Assembly: GCF_017876815.1 (NCBI RefSeq)
Contig: NZ_JAGIOS010000001.1
Coordinates: 2,070,001 to 2,102,000 of the forward strand
DNA: 32,000 nt
DNA from: Sinorhizobium meliloti
Lineage (GTDB): Bacteria; Pseudomonadota; Alphaproteobacteria; Rhizobiales; Rhizobiaceae
Reading direction: 5' to 3'
Position numbers and translations under genes: made by a program. Every line of letters starts with the position of its first letter. The stretch's first letter is position 1. Under the pieces are notes generated by a model. The model was not told where the DNA came from. It saw only the letters and a list, made by a program, of their open reading frames with translations, and did not search any database. This document shows, one piece after another, positions 8,796 through 16,372 of this stretch.

Positions 8796-8824
8796 CTATC
8801 GGAAGACTGCAATCTCTCCTCACC

Positions 8825-8853
8825 CTCATCTCTGTGCTCGTCACAGAGATGAG
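8825..8853. repeat. Short hairpin repeat C (CTCATCTCTGTG-CTCGT-CACAGAGATGAG)
   Basis: Perfect 12-bp stem. It is the inverted counterpart of hairpin E at 8915-8937. Confidence 0.55.
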
Positions 8854-8914
8854 AGCAGCGCCGCGTCTGCGGCGCGGGAGGAGTTCTTTCAGCCCAAGGA
8901 CTTGGTCTGGCTGG

Positions 8915-8937
8915 ATCCCTGTGACGAGCACAGGGAT
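8915..8937. repeat. Short hairpin repeat E (ATCCCTGTG-ACGAG-CACAGGGAT)
   Basis: Perfect 9-bp stem. Its loop is the reverse complement of the loop of hairpin C, and the stems differ by a compensated base pair. Confidence 0.55.
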
Positions 8938-8984
8938 GAGGAAATCAAACAGGCCGCGGCGTGTATCCCGAATCTCAACAGGCC

Positions 8985-9926
8985 TTAACCCTCGCTCAGC
9001 ATTTCAACCTCGCCGCTCGAACGGCCGATGAGGCTGCGGCGGACGCGGCCGACGTCGCGCCTCGGCGGCTCGCCGAAATGGCGGGCATATTCGCGGCTGA
9101 ACTGGGACTGGCTCTCATAGCCGACCTTGTGGCCGGCATCGCCGGCATCGAGGCGCTCCTCGAGCATCAGCCGCCGTGCCTCCTGCAGGCGCAGCTGCTT
9201 CTGGTACTGCAGCGGGCTCATCGCCGTGATCGCCTTGAAATGGTGATGAAGCGAGGAAACGCTCATGCTTACGCGGCTTGCGAGGTCGTCGATGCGCAAG
9301 GGGCGGGAATAATGCTCCTTCAGCCAGGACACCGCGCGGCCGATCTGGTGCGGCTGGCTCTCCGTGGTCGCCATCTGGCGGAGCCTGGCGCCGTGCGGTC
9401 CGAGCAGCAGCCGATAAAGCAGTTCCTGCTCGACCAGCGGCAGCAGCACCGCAATGTCGTCCGGGCGGTCGAGGAGCCGCAGCAGCCGAAGCGCCGTGTC
9501 CTCAAGATCGGGAGTGAGCTTGCTGACCGTCATGCCGCGCGGCGAAGCCGGAGCTTTCGCAGCCTCCGGGCCGATGGCGTCGAGGAGCGCCGGAAGCCTC
9601 GTCGTATCGATCTGGAAGACCATGCTGAGATAGGGCTCCTCGGGCGAGGCGAGCGATATCTGAGAGAGAACCGGCAGGTCGATGGAGGTCAAAAGGTAGT
9701 CCGAGGCGCCGTAGACGAGGGTTTCCTCACCGAGCACGACACGTTTGGCTCCCTGGACGATGATCGCCAGGCTCGGCTTGTAGGCGGCGCAATTCGGCTT
9801 CGCGGAAACGGAATGCCGATGAACGCTCAGCCCCGGCATAATCGTCGGATGATCGCCGTCCTCTCCGGCGATCCGGGCAATGATGTCGATCATTTCCTGA
9901 CGCGGGATGCGCTGTGATTCTGTCAT
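8985..9926 (-). CDS. AraC-family transcriptional regulator (AraC_N-type N-terminal domain)
   Basis: Part of ORF 8985..10199. Start moved to ATG 9926 (MTESQRIPRQEMIDIIARI...). C-terminal double HTH: SRVSMSVSSLHHHFKAITAMSPLQYQKQLRLQEARRLM...VGYESQSQFSREYARHFG. Confidence 0.85.
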   Translation of the reverse strand: MTESQRIPRQEMIDIIARIAGEDGDHPTIMPGLSVHRHSVSAKPNCAAYKPSLAIIVQGAKRVVLGEETLVYGASDYLLTSIDLPVLSQISLASPEEPYLSMVFQIDTTRLPALLDAIGPEAAKAPASPRGMTVSKLTPDLEDTALRLLRLLDRPDDIAVLLPLVEQELLYRLLLGPHGARLRQMATTESQPHQIGRAVSWLKEHYSRPLRIDDLASRVSMSVSSLHHHFKAITAMSPLQYQKQLRLQEARRLMLEERLDAGDAGHKVGYESQSQFSREYARHFGEPPRRDVGRVRRSLIGRSSGEVEMLSEG

Positions 9927-10009
9927 ATTCGGTGGACTTTCCAATACCTTAGATCCGTGCGGAGACAGGGGGCAGATAGGTTGTCGGCGCTGTCCCGCCA
10001 CCTGGCTTC

Positions 10010-10043
10010 CACGATTCTCGCAGAATCGTGCAAAAGTTTTGCA
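10010..10043. promoter_or_regulatory. Two abutting perfect palindromes in the araC/adh divergent region (candidate operators)
   Basis: CACGATTCT-CGC-AGAATCGTG (10010-10030) carries two GANTC sites. TGCAAAA-G-TTTTGCA (10029-10043) overlaps it by 2 nt. Confidence 0.35.
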
Positions 10044-10147
10044 GGATCGCACTAACGCAATGGCCTTGTGAGACAGCATAGTCCGCCCTGCCGCCTGCGG
10101 TCCATAGACCAATGGGCGCGCCACTCCCAGACATGAAGGACAGACCC

Positions 10148-11191
10148 ATGGCCATTGCAAGAGGATATGCGGCGACGGACGCGTCGAAGCCGCTCGCACC
10201 CTTCACCTTCGAGCGTCGCGAACCGCGCGACGACGACGTGGTGATCGACATCAAATATTGCGGCGTCTGCCATTCCGACATCCACCAGGCGCGCGACGAA
10301 TGGGGCAATTCGACCTTCCCCATGGTACCGGGCCACGAGATCGTCGGCATCGTCAGGGCAGTCGGCTCCCAGGTCACCAGGTTCAAGATCGGCGACCGGG
10401 TGGGTGTCGGCTGCTTCGTCGACTCCTGCACGACCTGCGCCAAGCGTGATCTCGACCTGGAGCAGTATCTGCCGGGCCTCGTGGTGACCTACAACGGCGT
10501 CGAGGCCGACGGAACCCCGACCCAAGGCGGCTATTCCGACCATATCGTCGTCAAGGAAGGCTATGTGCTCTCCATTCCGGAGAACCTTCCGCTCGATGCT
10601 GCCGCACCGCTGCTTTGCGCCGGCATCACGCTCTACTCGCCGCTGCGTCACTGGAAGGCCGGCCCCGGCAAGAAGGTGGCGATCGTCGGCTTGGGCGGTC
10701 TCGGCCATATGGGCGTGAAGCTCGCCCATGCGATGGGCGCGGAGGTCACGGTGCTCAGCCAGACACTTTCGAAGAAGGAGGACGGGCTTAAGCTCGGGGC
10801 GGATCACTACTACGCGACGAAGGATCCGGAGACATTCACGAAGCTCGCCGGCAGCTTCGACCTGATCATCTGCACGGTCGCCGCCGAGATCGACTGGAAC
10901 GCCTATCTCAACCTCCTGAAGGTCGATGGCGATCTGGTGCTCGTCGGCATTCCGGAGAATCCGGTGCCGGTCCATGCCTTCTCGCTGGTGCCGGCACGGC
11001 GCAGCATTTCCGGCTCCATGATCGGTTCGATCAAGGAGACGCAGGAAATGCTCGATTTCTGCGGCGAGCACGGAATCGTTTCGGAGATCGAGACGATCCG
11101 CATGGAGCAGATCAACGAGGCCTATGAGCGGGTGGTGAGAAGCGACGTGCGCTATCGCTTCGTGATCGACATGGAATCGATCAAGGCTTGA
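10148..11191 (+). CDS. NAD(P)-dependent Zn-type alcohol/aldehyde dehydrogenase, YahK/cinnamyl-alcohol-dehydrogenase family
   Basis: Part of ORF 10112..11191. Start at ATG 10148 after AAGGA. Near end-to-end similarity, as recalled, to E. coli YahK: [87 protein letters not shown]. Confidence 0.9.
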   Translation: MAIARGYAATDASKPLAPFTFERREPRDDDVVIDIKYCGVCHSDIHQARDEWGNSTFPMVPGHEIVGIVRAVGSQVTRFKIGDRVGVGCFVDSCTTCAKRDLDLEQYLPGLVVTYNGVEADGTPTQGGYSDHIVVKEGYVLSIPENLPLDAAAPLLCAGITLYSPLRHWKAGPGKKVAIVGLGGLGHMGVKLAHAMGAEVTVLSQTLSKKEDGLKLGADHYYATKDPETFTKLAGSFDLIICTVAAEIDWNAYLNLLKVDGDLVLVGIPENPVPVHAFSLVPARRSISGSMIGSIKETQEMLDFCGEHGIVSEIETIRMEQINEAYERVVRSDVRYRFVIDMESIKA

Positions 11192-11199
11192 GCTTGGGC

Positions 11200-11236
11200 G
11201 GGCCGCTGCCGCTACTCAAAGCAGCGGCAGCGGCCC
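11200..11236. terminator. Perfect 14-bp inverted repeat between convergent adh and lrp (bidirectional terminator candidate)
   Basis: GGGCCGCTGCCGCT-ACTCAAAGC-AGCGGCAGCGGCCC. The left arm starts 9 nt after the adh stop. The right arm lies inside the last codons (GPLPLL) of the Lrp gene. Confidence 0.55.
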
Positions 11237-11680
11237 GTCGTTCTTGATCTCTTCCATGACCGCATAGGTCCGGGTCTCCTTGACGCCCGGGAGTGTCCAG
11301 AGGACCTGACCGAGGAAATTGCGGTAGGCGGCCATGTCCTCGAAGCGGGTCTTGACGAGATAGTCGAAGCCGCCGGCTACCATGTGGCATTCGAGCACTG
11401 CGGGCGCCTGCTTTATGGCGGCCGCGAACTGGTCGAAGACCTCCGGCGTCGTCTTGTCGAGCATCACTTCGATGAACACCAACAGCCCGAAGCCGAGTTT
11501 GTGGGGGTCGAGACGCGCACCGAAGCCGGAGACGTAACCTTCCTTCAGAAGCCGCCTCAGGCGTTCGCTGGTCGCCGTCGGGGAAAGCCCGATCCGGTCC
11601 GCCAGCTCCAGATTGGTAATCCGCCCGTCCGCCTGCAGGATATTGAGGATTCTCCGGTCCGTCTTGTCGATCTGGTGCAT
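11216..11680 (-). CDS. Lrp/AsnC-family transcriptional regulator
   Basis: Part of ORF 11216..11713. Start at ATG 11680 after GGAGG. Sequence MHQIDKTDRRILNILQADGRITNLELADRIGLSPTATSERLRRLLKEGYV... has HTH_AsnC plus a RAM domain. Confidence 0.9.
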   Translation of the reverse strand: MHQIDKTDRRILNILQADGRITNLELADRIGLSPTATSERLRRLLKEGYVSGFGARLDPHKLGFGLLVFIEVMLDKTTPEVFDQFAAAIKQAPAVLECHMVAGGFDYLVKTRFEDMAAYRNFLGQVLWTLPGVKETRTYAVMEEIKNDGPLPLL

Positions 11681-11702
11681 GGCCGCCTCCGCTTTCGGTG
11701 CC

Positions 11703-12866
11703 TCAGGCGGCAAGCCGTGTTTCGGCGAGCTTCACCCAATAGGAAATTCCGTGCGGAATGGCTTCGTCGTTGAAGTCGTAAGCCGGGTGATGCAGTCCCG
11801 CCGTATCGCCATTGCCGATGAAGACGAAGGCGCCCGGCCGGGCCAGCAGCATGTAGGAAAAATCCTCGCCGCCCATCATCGGGTCGAGCGCTGCGTTGAC
11901 GTTGCCTTCGCCGGCGATCGTGGCGGCGACGGCAAGCGCGTGACCGGCCTCGGCGGCGTGGTTTACCGTCACGGGATAGTTGCGGCCGTACCAGACGTCG
12001 ACGGTGGCCCCGTAGGCGCCTGCGATGTTCTCGGCGATCTGGCGGATACGGGCTTCGCCGGTGTCGCGCACTTCCGGCGTCAGCGCGCGCACGGTGCCGG
12101 CGAGTACGGCCTGTTCGGGGATGACGTTGTGCGCGAAGCCGGCATTGAACTTGGTGACGGAGACGACGATGGAGGCAAGCGGATCGACGGTGCGCGAGGC
12201 GATCGTCTGCAGCGCGTTGACGATCTGGGCGCCGATGGCGATCGGGTCGATCGTCTTGTGCGGCTGAGCGGCGTGGCCGCCGCGGCCCTTGACGGTGATG
12301 TTGAACTCATCGGTTGAGGCCATGATCGGGCCGGCGCGGCTGCCGAAGTGGCCGACCGGCATCCCCGGCATGTTGTGCATGCCGTAGACCTCTTCGATTG
12401 CGAAGCGCTCCATCATGCCGTCCTTCACCATCTCGTTGCCGCCGCCGCCGCCTTCCTCTGCCGGCTGGAAGATCACCGCGACATTGCCGGCGAAGTTCCG
12501 CGTTTCGGAGAGGTACTTCGCGGCGCCGAGCAGCATGGCCGTATGGCCGTCATGGCCGCAGGCATGCATCTTGCCGGGGGCCGTCGAGGACCAGGCCCTG
12601 CCGCTTGCTTCGGTGATCGGCAGGGCGTCCATGTCGGCCCTGAGGCCGACGGTGCGGCCCGGGCCGCGATTGCCGCGGATGAGGCCGACGACCCCGGTCC
12701 GGCCGAGGCCGGTCACGATTTCGTCAACGCCGAATTCCCTCAGTTTTCTTTCGACGAAGGCTGCCGTATTTTCCACCGCGAACAGGAGCTCCGGGTTCTG
12801 GTGCAGATGGCGCCGCCATTCGGTCACTTCGTTCTTGAGCTCGGCGGCACGGTTTAGAATCGGCAT
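11703..12866 (-). CDS. M20-family amidohydrolase (N-acyl-L-amino-acid / hippurate hydrolase type)
   Basis: Part of ORF 11703..12908. Start at ATG 12866 after AGGAA. Motifs WRRHLHQNPEL, LRADMDALP, HACGHDGH, FQPAEEGGGG and GGEDFSY are typical of the M20D aminoacylase/hippuricase group. Confidence 0.9.
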   Translation of the reverse strand: MPILNRAAELKNEVTEWRRHLHQNPELLFAVENTAAFVERKLREFGVDEIVTGLGRTGVVGLIRGNRGPGRTVGLRADMDALPITEASGRAWSSTAPGKMHACGHDGHTAMLLGAAKYLSETRNFAGNVAVIFQPAEEGGGGGNEMVKDGMMERFAIEEVYGMHNMPGMPVGHFGSRAGPIMASTDEFNITVKGRGGHAAQPHKTIDPIAIGAQIVNALQTIASRTVDPLASIVVSVTKFNAGFAHNVIPEQAVLAGTVRALTPEVRDTGEARIRQIAENIAGAYGATVDVWYGRNYPVTVNHAAEAGHALAVAATIAGEGNVNAALDPMMGGEDFSYMLLARPGAFVFIGNGDTAGLHHPAYDFNDEAIPHGISYWVKLAETRLAA

Positions 12867-13069
12867 TGTTCGTTCCTGTCGATCTGTTCGTTCACTTTGG
12901 TTCGGCACGTGAGGCCCGACGCTTCCGCATCCGGCTGGAGTCTCGCCGGCGGAGTGTCCGGGCGGTGGATTGGCGCGGCAGCCAGATGAATGGGCTTTGC
13001 CATCTCCTTGCCATATAGGCTAAATAGCGGGACGATACGAGGCAACTCCGGAATTTCGAGGTTTGGATT

Positions 13070-14200
13070 GTGGCAATAGCACGATTCCCGTTGGGCGACA
13101 GGTTGGGCAGGATGGGCATGCTCGCGGGGGCTTGCGCCGTCTTCTTGGCTGCGGCGCTGCCTGCATCGGCCAATCCGCGGCTGGTGATCGACGTCGATAC
13201 GCTCAAGGTCTACGAGCATCAGGACATCTTCCAGAGATGGTATCCGGCGTCGCTGACCAAGCTCATGACGGCCTATACCACGTTCCGGGCCATTCAGGCG
13301 GGACAGCTGACGCTGCAAAGCCCGGTGGTCATGACGAAGAACGCCGCTTCGGAGCCGCCGAGCAAGATGTTCTACAAGCCCGGCCAGAAGATGACGCTCG
13401 ACAGCGCGTTGAAGATGATGCTGATCAAGTCGGCGAACGACGTCGCCGTCGCGATCGCCGAGACGGTCGGCGGATCCGAACAGGCCTTCATCGAGAAGAT
13501 GAACGCCGAGGCGCGCCGCATCGGCATGACCTCGTCGCATTTCATCAATCCCAACGGCCTGCCCGGTCAGGGGCAATATACGACCGCCCGGGACCTTGCG
13601 GTGCTCGCGGTCACGCTGAAGCGCGAATTCCCGCAATATGCTTCCTATTTCGCGCTGGAAGGCTTCACCACCGGCAAGAAGGACTATCCCAATTACAACA
13701 TGCTGATCGGCCGCTTCGATGGCGCGGACGGCATGAAGACGGGGTTCATTTGCGCCTCGGGCTTCAACCAGGTCTCCTCGGCGAGCCGCGGCGGCCGCAG
13801 GGTGGTATCGGTCGTGCTCGGTGAAGACAGCCTTGCAGCGCGTGCCGACGAGTCGGCCAGGCTCCTGCAGATGGCTTTCACCACGGTGAGCACGGGCAAG
13901 CCCTCGCTTGCGGAGATCGTCCCTTATGGCGAAACCCGCGGGGTGGTTGCCGACATCGGCAAGGAAATCTGCTCGAAGCAGGCGGCGAAGGTGCGCAGCG
14001 AGGGGCGTGACGAGGCCGGCCGGCAGAAGCTGCTTTCACCCTATATCCACGAGATCGACCGCCCGCTGAAACTTGCCTTCGCCGGCCTCATACCCGGCAG
14101 CGACGACAAGACGGCCAAAGCCGGCAGCGATGCCACGGCACAGGGTGACGCGGTCGAGATCGCCAATGTGCCGATTCCGGTCCCGCGCCCGAGCTTCTGA
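13070..14200 (+). CDS. Serine-type D-alanyl-D-alanine carboxypeptidase (peptidase S11, PBP5/6-like)
   Basis: 376-aa ORF with GTG start. Signal-like N-terminus ending LPASA. SxxK = SLTK, SxN = SAN (KSANDVAV), KTG = MKTGF. Confidence 0.9.
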   Translation: MAIARFPLGDRLGRMGMLAGACAVFLAAALPASANPRLVIDVDTLKVYEHQDIFQRWYPASLTKLMTAYTTFRAIQAGQLTLQSPVVMTKNAASEPPSKMFYKPGQKMTLDSALKMMLIKSANDVAVAIAETVGGSEQAFIEKMNAEARRIGMTSSHFINPNGLPGQGQYTTARDLAVLAVTLKREFPQYASYFALEGFTTGKKDYPNYNMLIGRFDGADGMKTGFICASGFNQVSSASRGGRRVVSVVLGEDSLAARADESARLLQMAFTTVSTGKPSLAEIVPYGETRGVVADIGKEICSKQAAKVRSEGRDEAGRQKLLSPYIHEIDRPLKLAFAGLIPGSDDKTAKAGSDATAQGDAVEIANVPIPVPRPSF

Positions 14201-14213
14201 ACGGAGTCTTTTC

Positions 14214-15359
14214 ATGAACGGTCCAATGCGGGTGGTGCCGGTCTCGATCCTCACCGGCTTTCTCGGCGCGGGCAAGACGACCCTTCTGAACCGGGTGCTC
14301 AAGGATCCGGCGCTTGCCGACACGGCAGTCATCATCAACGAATTCGGCGATGTCTCCATCGACCACCTCCTGGTCGAGGCGTCGAGTGACGGCGTCATCG
14401 AGCTTTCCGACGGCTGCCTGTGCTGCACCGTGCGCGGCGAACTCGTCGATACGCTGGCCGATCTCATGGACCGGATGCAGACCGGCCGCATCAAGCCGCT
14501 GAAGCGCGTCGTCATCGAAACCACCGGTCTTGCCGATCCGGCACCGGTGCTGCAATCCGTCCTCGGCAATCCCGTGATTGCCCAGAATTTCCGGCTGGAC
14601 GGAGTCGTCACCGTCGTCGATGCGGTCAATGGCGAGCAGACGATCGCCAATCATGTGGAAGCCATGAAGCAGGTCGCGGTGGCCGACCGGCTGGTGATCA
14701 GCAAGAGCGGGCTCGCCAAAGATGATGGTGTCGGCAGGCTCGAGGCGCGGCTCAGGGATCTCAACCCGCGCGCGCCGATCATCGACGGCGACACGGAAGA
14801 GGCGGGCCGGGCCGATCTCTTCGCCTGCGGTCTTTACGACGCCACGACCAAGGTCGCCGATGTCGGCCGCTGGCTCCAGGACGAGGCCCATGCGGACGGC
14901 CACGGCCACGTTCATGACCACCACCACGAAGATGGTCACGGCCATGGGCACCATCACCATCATCACGACGTCAATCGTCATGGTTCGGACATTCGCTCAT
15001 TCAGCATCGTGCATGATCGGCCGATCGAACCGATGGCGCTGGAGATGTTCATCGACCTCCTGCGCTCGGCCCATGGGGAAAAGCTCCTGCGCATGAAGGC
15101 TATCGTTTCCGTCGCCGACAATCCGGAGCGGCCGGTGGTGCTGCACGGCGTGCAGACGGTCTTTCACGCGCCGGAGCGGCTTGCCGCCTGGCCGGATCCG
15201 GCCGATCGCCGGACGCGAATGGTGCTGATCACCAAAGGCCTGGACGAAGCATTCGTGCGCGACCTCTTCGACGCATTCACCGGCAAGCCGCGCGTCGATC
15301 GACCGGACGCGCAGGCGCTCGCGGACAACCCCCTGGCGGTGCCGGGGATGAAGTTCTGA
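14214..15359 (+). CDS. COG0523 (CobW/G3E) GTPase, His-rich putative zinc metallochaperone
   Basis: Part of ORF 14073..15359. Start at ATG 14214 after GGAG, 13 nt after the dac stop. P-loop GFLGAGKTTLLN, CxCC motif GCLCCT, His-rich insert HADGHGHVHDHHHEDGHGHGHHHHHHDVNRHG (14889-14981), and a CobW_C domain. Confidence 0.9.
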   Translation: MNGPMRVVPVSILTGFLGAGKTTLLNRVLKDPALADTAVIINEFGDVSIDHLLVEASSDGVIELSDGCLCCTVRGELVDTLADLMDRMQTGRIKPLKRVVIETTGLADPAPVLQSVLGNPVIAQNFRLDGVVTVVDAVNGEQTIANHVEAMKQVAVADRLVISKSGLAKDDGVGRLEARLRDLNPRAPIIDGDTEEAGRADLFACGLYDATTKVADVGRWLQDEAHADGHGHVHDHHHEDGHGHGHHHHHHDVNRHGSDIRSFSIVHDRPIEPMALEMFIDLLRSAHGEKLLRMKAIVSVADNPERPVVLHGVQTVFHAPERLAAWPDPADRRTRMVLITKGLDEAFVRDLFDAFTGKPRVDRPDAQALADNPLAVPGMKF

Positions 15360-15385
15360 GGCCTCCGGCCGGGCTTTCTTCATCA

Positions 15386-15412
15386 CCCCCTGCTCGCCGG
15401 GGGCTTGATTTT
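15386..15412 (+). terminator. Weak intrinsic-terminator candidate after the COG0523 gene
   Basis: CCCCC-TGCTCGCC-GGGGG followed by CTTGATTTT. Short stem and an interrupted T tract. Confidence 0.35.
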
Positions 15413-15467
15413 CAGGTCCCTCAGCGCTACGTATATCCCACTCGTATATGGCAAAAAGGAATGGACC

Positions 15468-15701
15468 TTGGCCAGTTCGACCGTATTCATCAGTAACCGT
15501 AGCCAGGCGGTGCGGCTGCCAAAGGCCGTCGCCTTTCCCGAGGGCGTGCATCAGGTCGATATCCTCAAGATCGGCCGCAGCCGCGTGATCGTCCCCCAGG
15601 GCAAAAGATGGGACGATCTGTTCCTCAGCGGGCCGCGCGTCAGCGAGGATTTCATGAGCGAGCGTGATCAGCCGGTGGCGGAAACACGCGAATCCTTCTG
15701 A
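15468..15701 (+). CDS. vapB: Type II antitoxin VapB (AbrB/SpoVT fold)
   Basis: In frame within ORF 15405..15701. TTG 15468 is preceded by AAGGAA with a 6-nt spacer. (M)ASSTVFISNRSQAVRLPKAVAFPEGV...DFMSERDQPVAETRESF matches the MvpA/VapB pattern. 77 aa. Confidence 0.8.
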   Translation: MASSTVFISNRSQAVRLPKAVAFPEGVHQVDILKIGRSRVIVPQGKRWDDLFLSGPRVSEDFMSERDQPVAETRESF

Positions 15702-16099
15702 TGCTCACCTATATGCTCGATACCAATATCTGCATCTATGTGATGAAGACCTATCCGCCGGCCGTGCGCGAAAAGTTCAACGGACTGGCGGAGCAGCTTT
15801 GCATATCGAGCATCACGCTGGGAGAATTACACTATGGCGCCGAAAAATCGGCCCGGCGCGTTGAGAACCTTACGGCTATCGAACATTTCGTGGCACGGCT
15901 GGAGGTGCTGCCGTTCGCAGACAAGGCAGCGGCCCACTACGGGCAGGTTCGGGCTGAACTGGAGCGGACGGGAACGCCATGCGGCCCTCATGACATGCAG
16001 ATCGGCGCGCATGCGCGCAGCGAAGGGCTGATTGTCGTGACCAACAATATACGCGAGTTCGTCCGCATGCCGGGTGTAAGGGTCGAGAACTGGCTGTGA
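15701..16099 (+). CDS. vapC: Type II toxin VapC (PIN-domain ribonuclease)
   Basis: 132 aa. MLDTNICIY (PIN Asp), ELHYGAEKS, QIGAHA and VVTNNIREF are typical of the MvpT/VapC group. Its ATG overlaps the vapB TGA by 1 nt. Confidence 0.9.
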   Translation: MLTYMLDTNICIYVMKTYPPAVREKFNGLAEQLCISSITLGELHYGAEKSARRVENLTAIEHFVARLEVLPFADKAAAHYGQVRAELERTGTPCGPHDMQIGAHARSEGLIVVTNNIREFVRMPGVRVENWL

Positions 16100-16132
16100 C
16101 CGATCCGAAGGCGCGGGAGTGCTTTAATTTGG

Positions 16133-16372
16133 TTAGCTACACCGCTTGCGGATAAGGAAACGATGTCCGCCTGCGATCGGCTCGGCCTGCTCCAGCCGAT
16201 GCCCGTCCTCGTTGCAGAAATGCGGAATGTCGATCACGGCCAGCGGGTCGGTCGTTTCGATCTCGATGAGAGCGCCGGGCGTCAGGTTTTCCATTCGCTT
16301 GCGCGTCTTCAAAACGGGAAGGGGGCATTTCAGCCCCCTCAGATCGTAGCGTAGCCTCGCTTCCTCGGGCAT
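16133..16372 (-). CDS. TusA/SirA-family sulfurtransferase-like protein
   Basis: DLRGLKCPLPVLKTRKRM contains the CPxP active-site motif. 79 aa from ATG 16372. The ATG overlaps the TGA of the upstream L,D-transpeptidase gene. Confidence 0.8.
   Translation of the reverse strand: MPEEARLRYDLRGLKCPLPVLKTRKRMENLTPGALIEIETTDPLAVIDIPHFCNEDGHRLEQAEPIAGGHRFLIRKRCS

Noticed and set aside
14100-14213. Expected Zur box upstream of the COG0523 metallochaperone gene
   Set aside because: No AT-rich palindrome is present. The region is the GC-rich 3' end of the dac gene. I recorded the absence as part of a finding rather than a feature.
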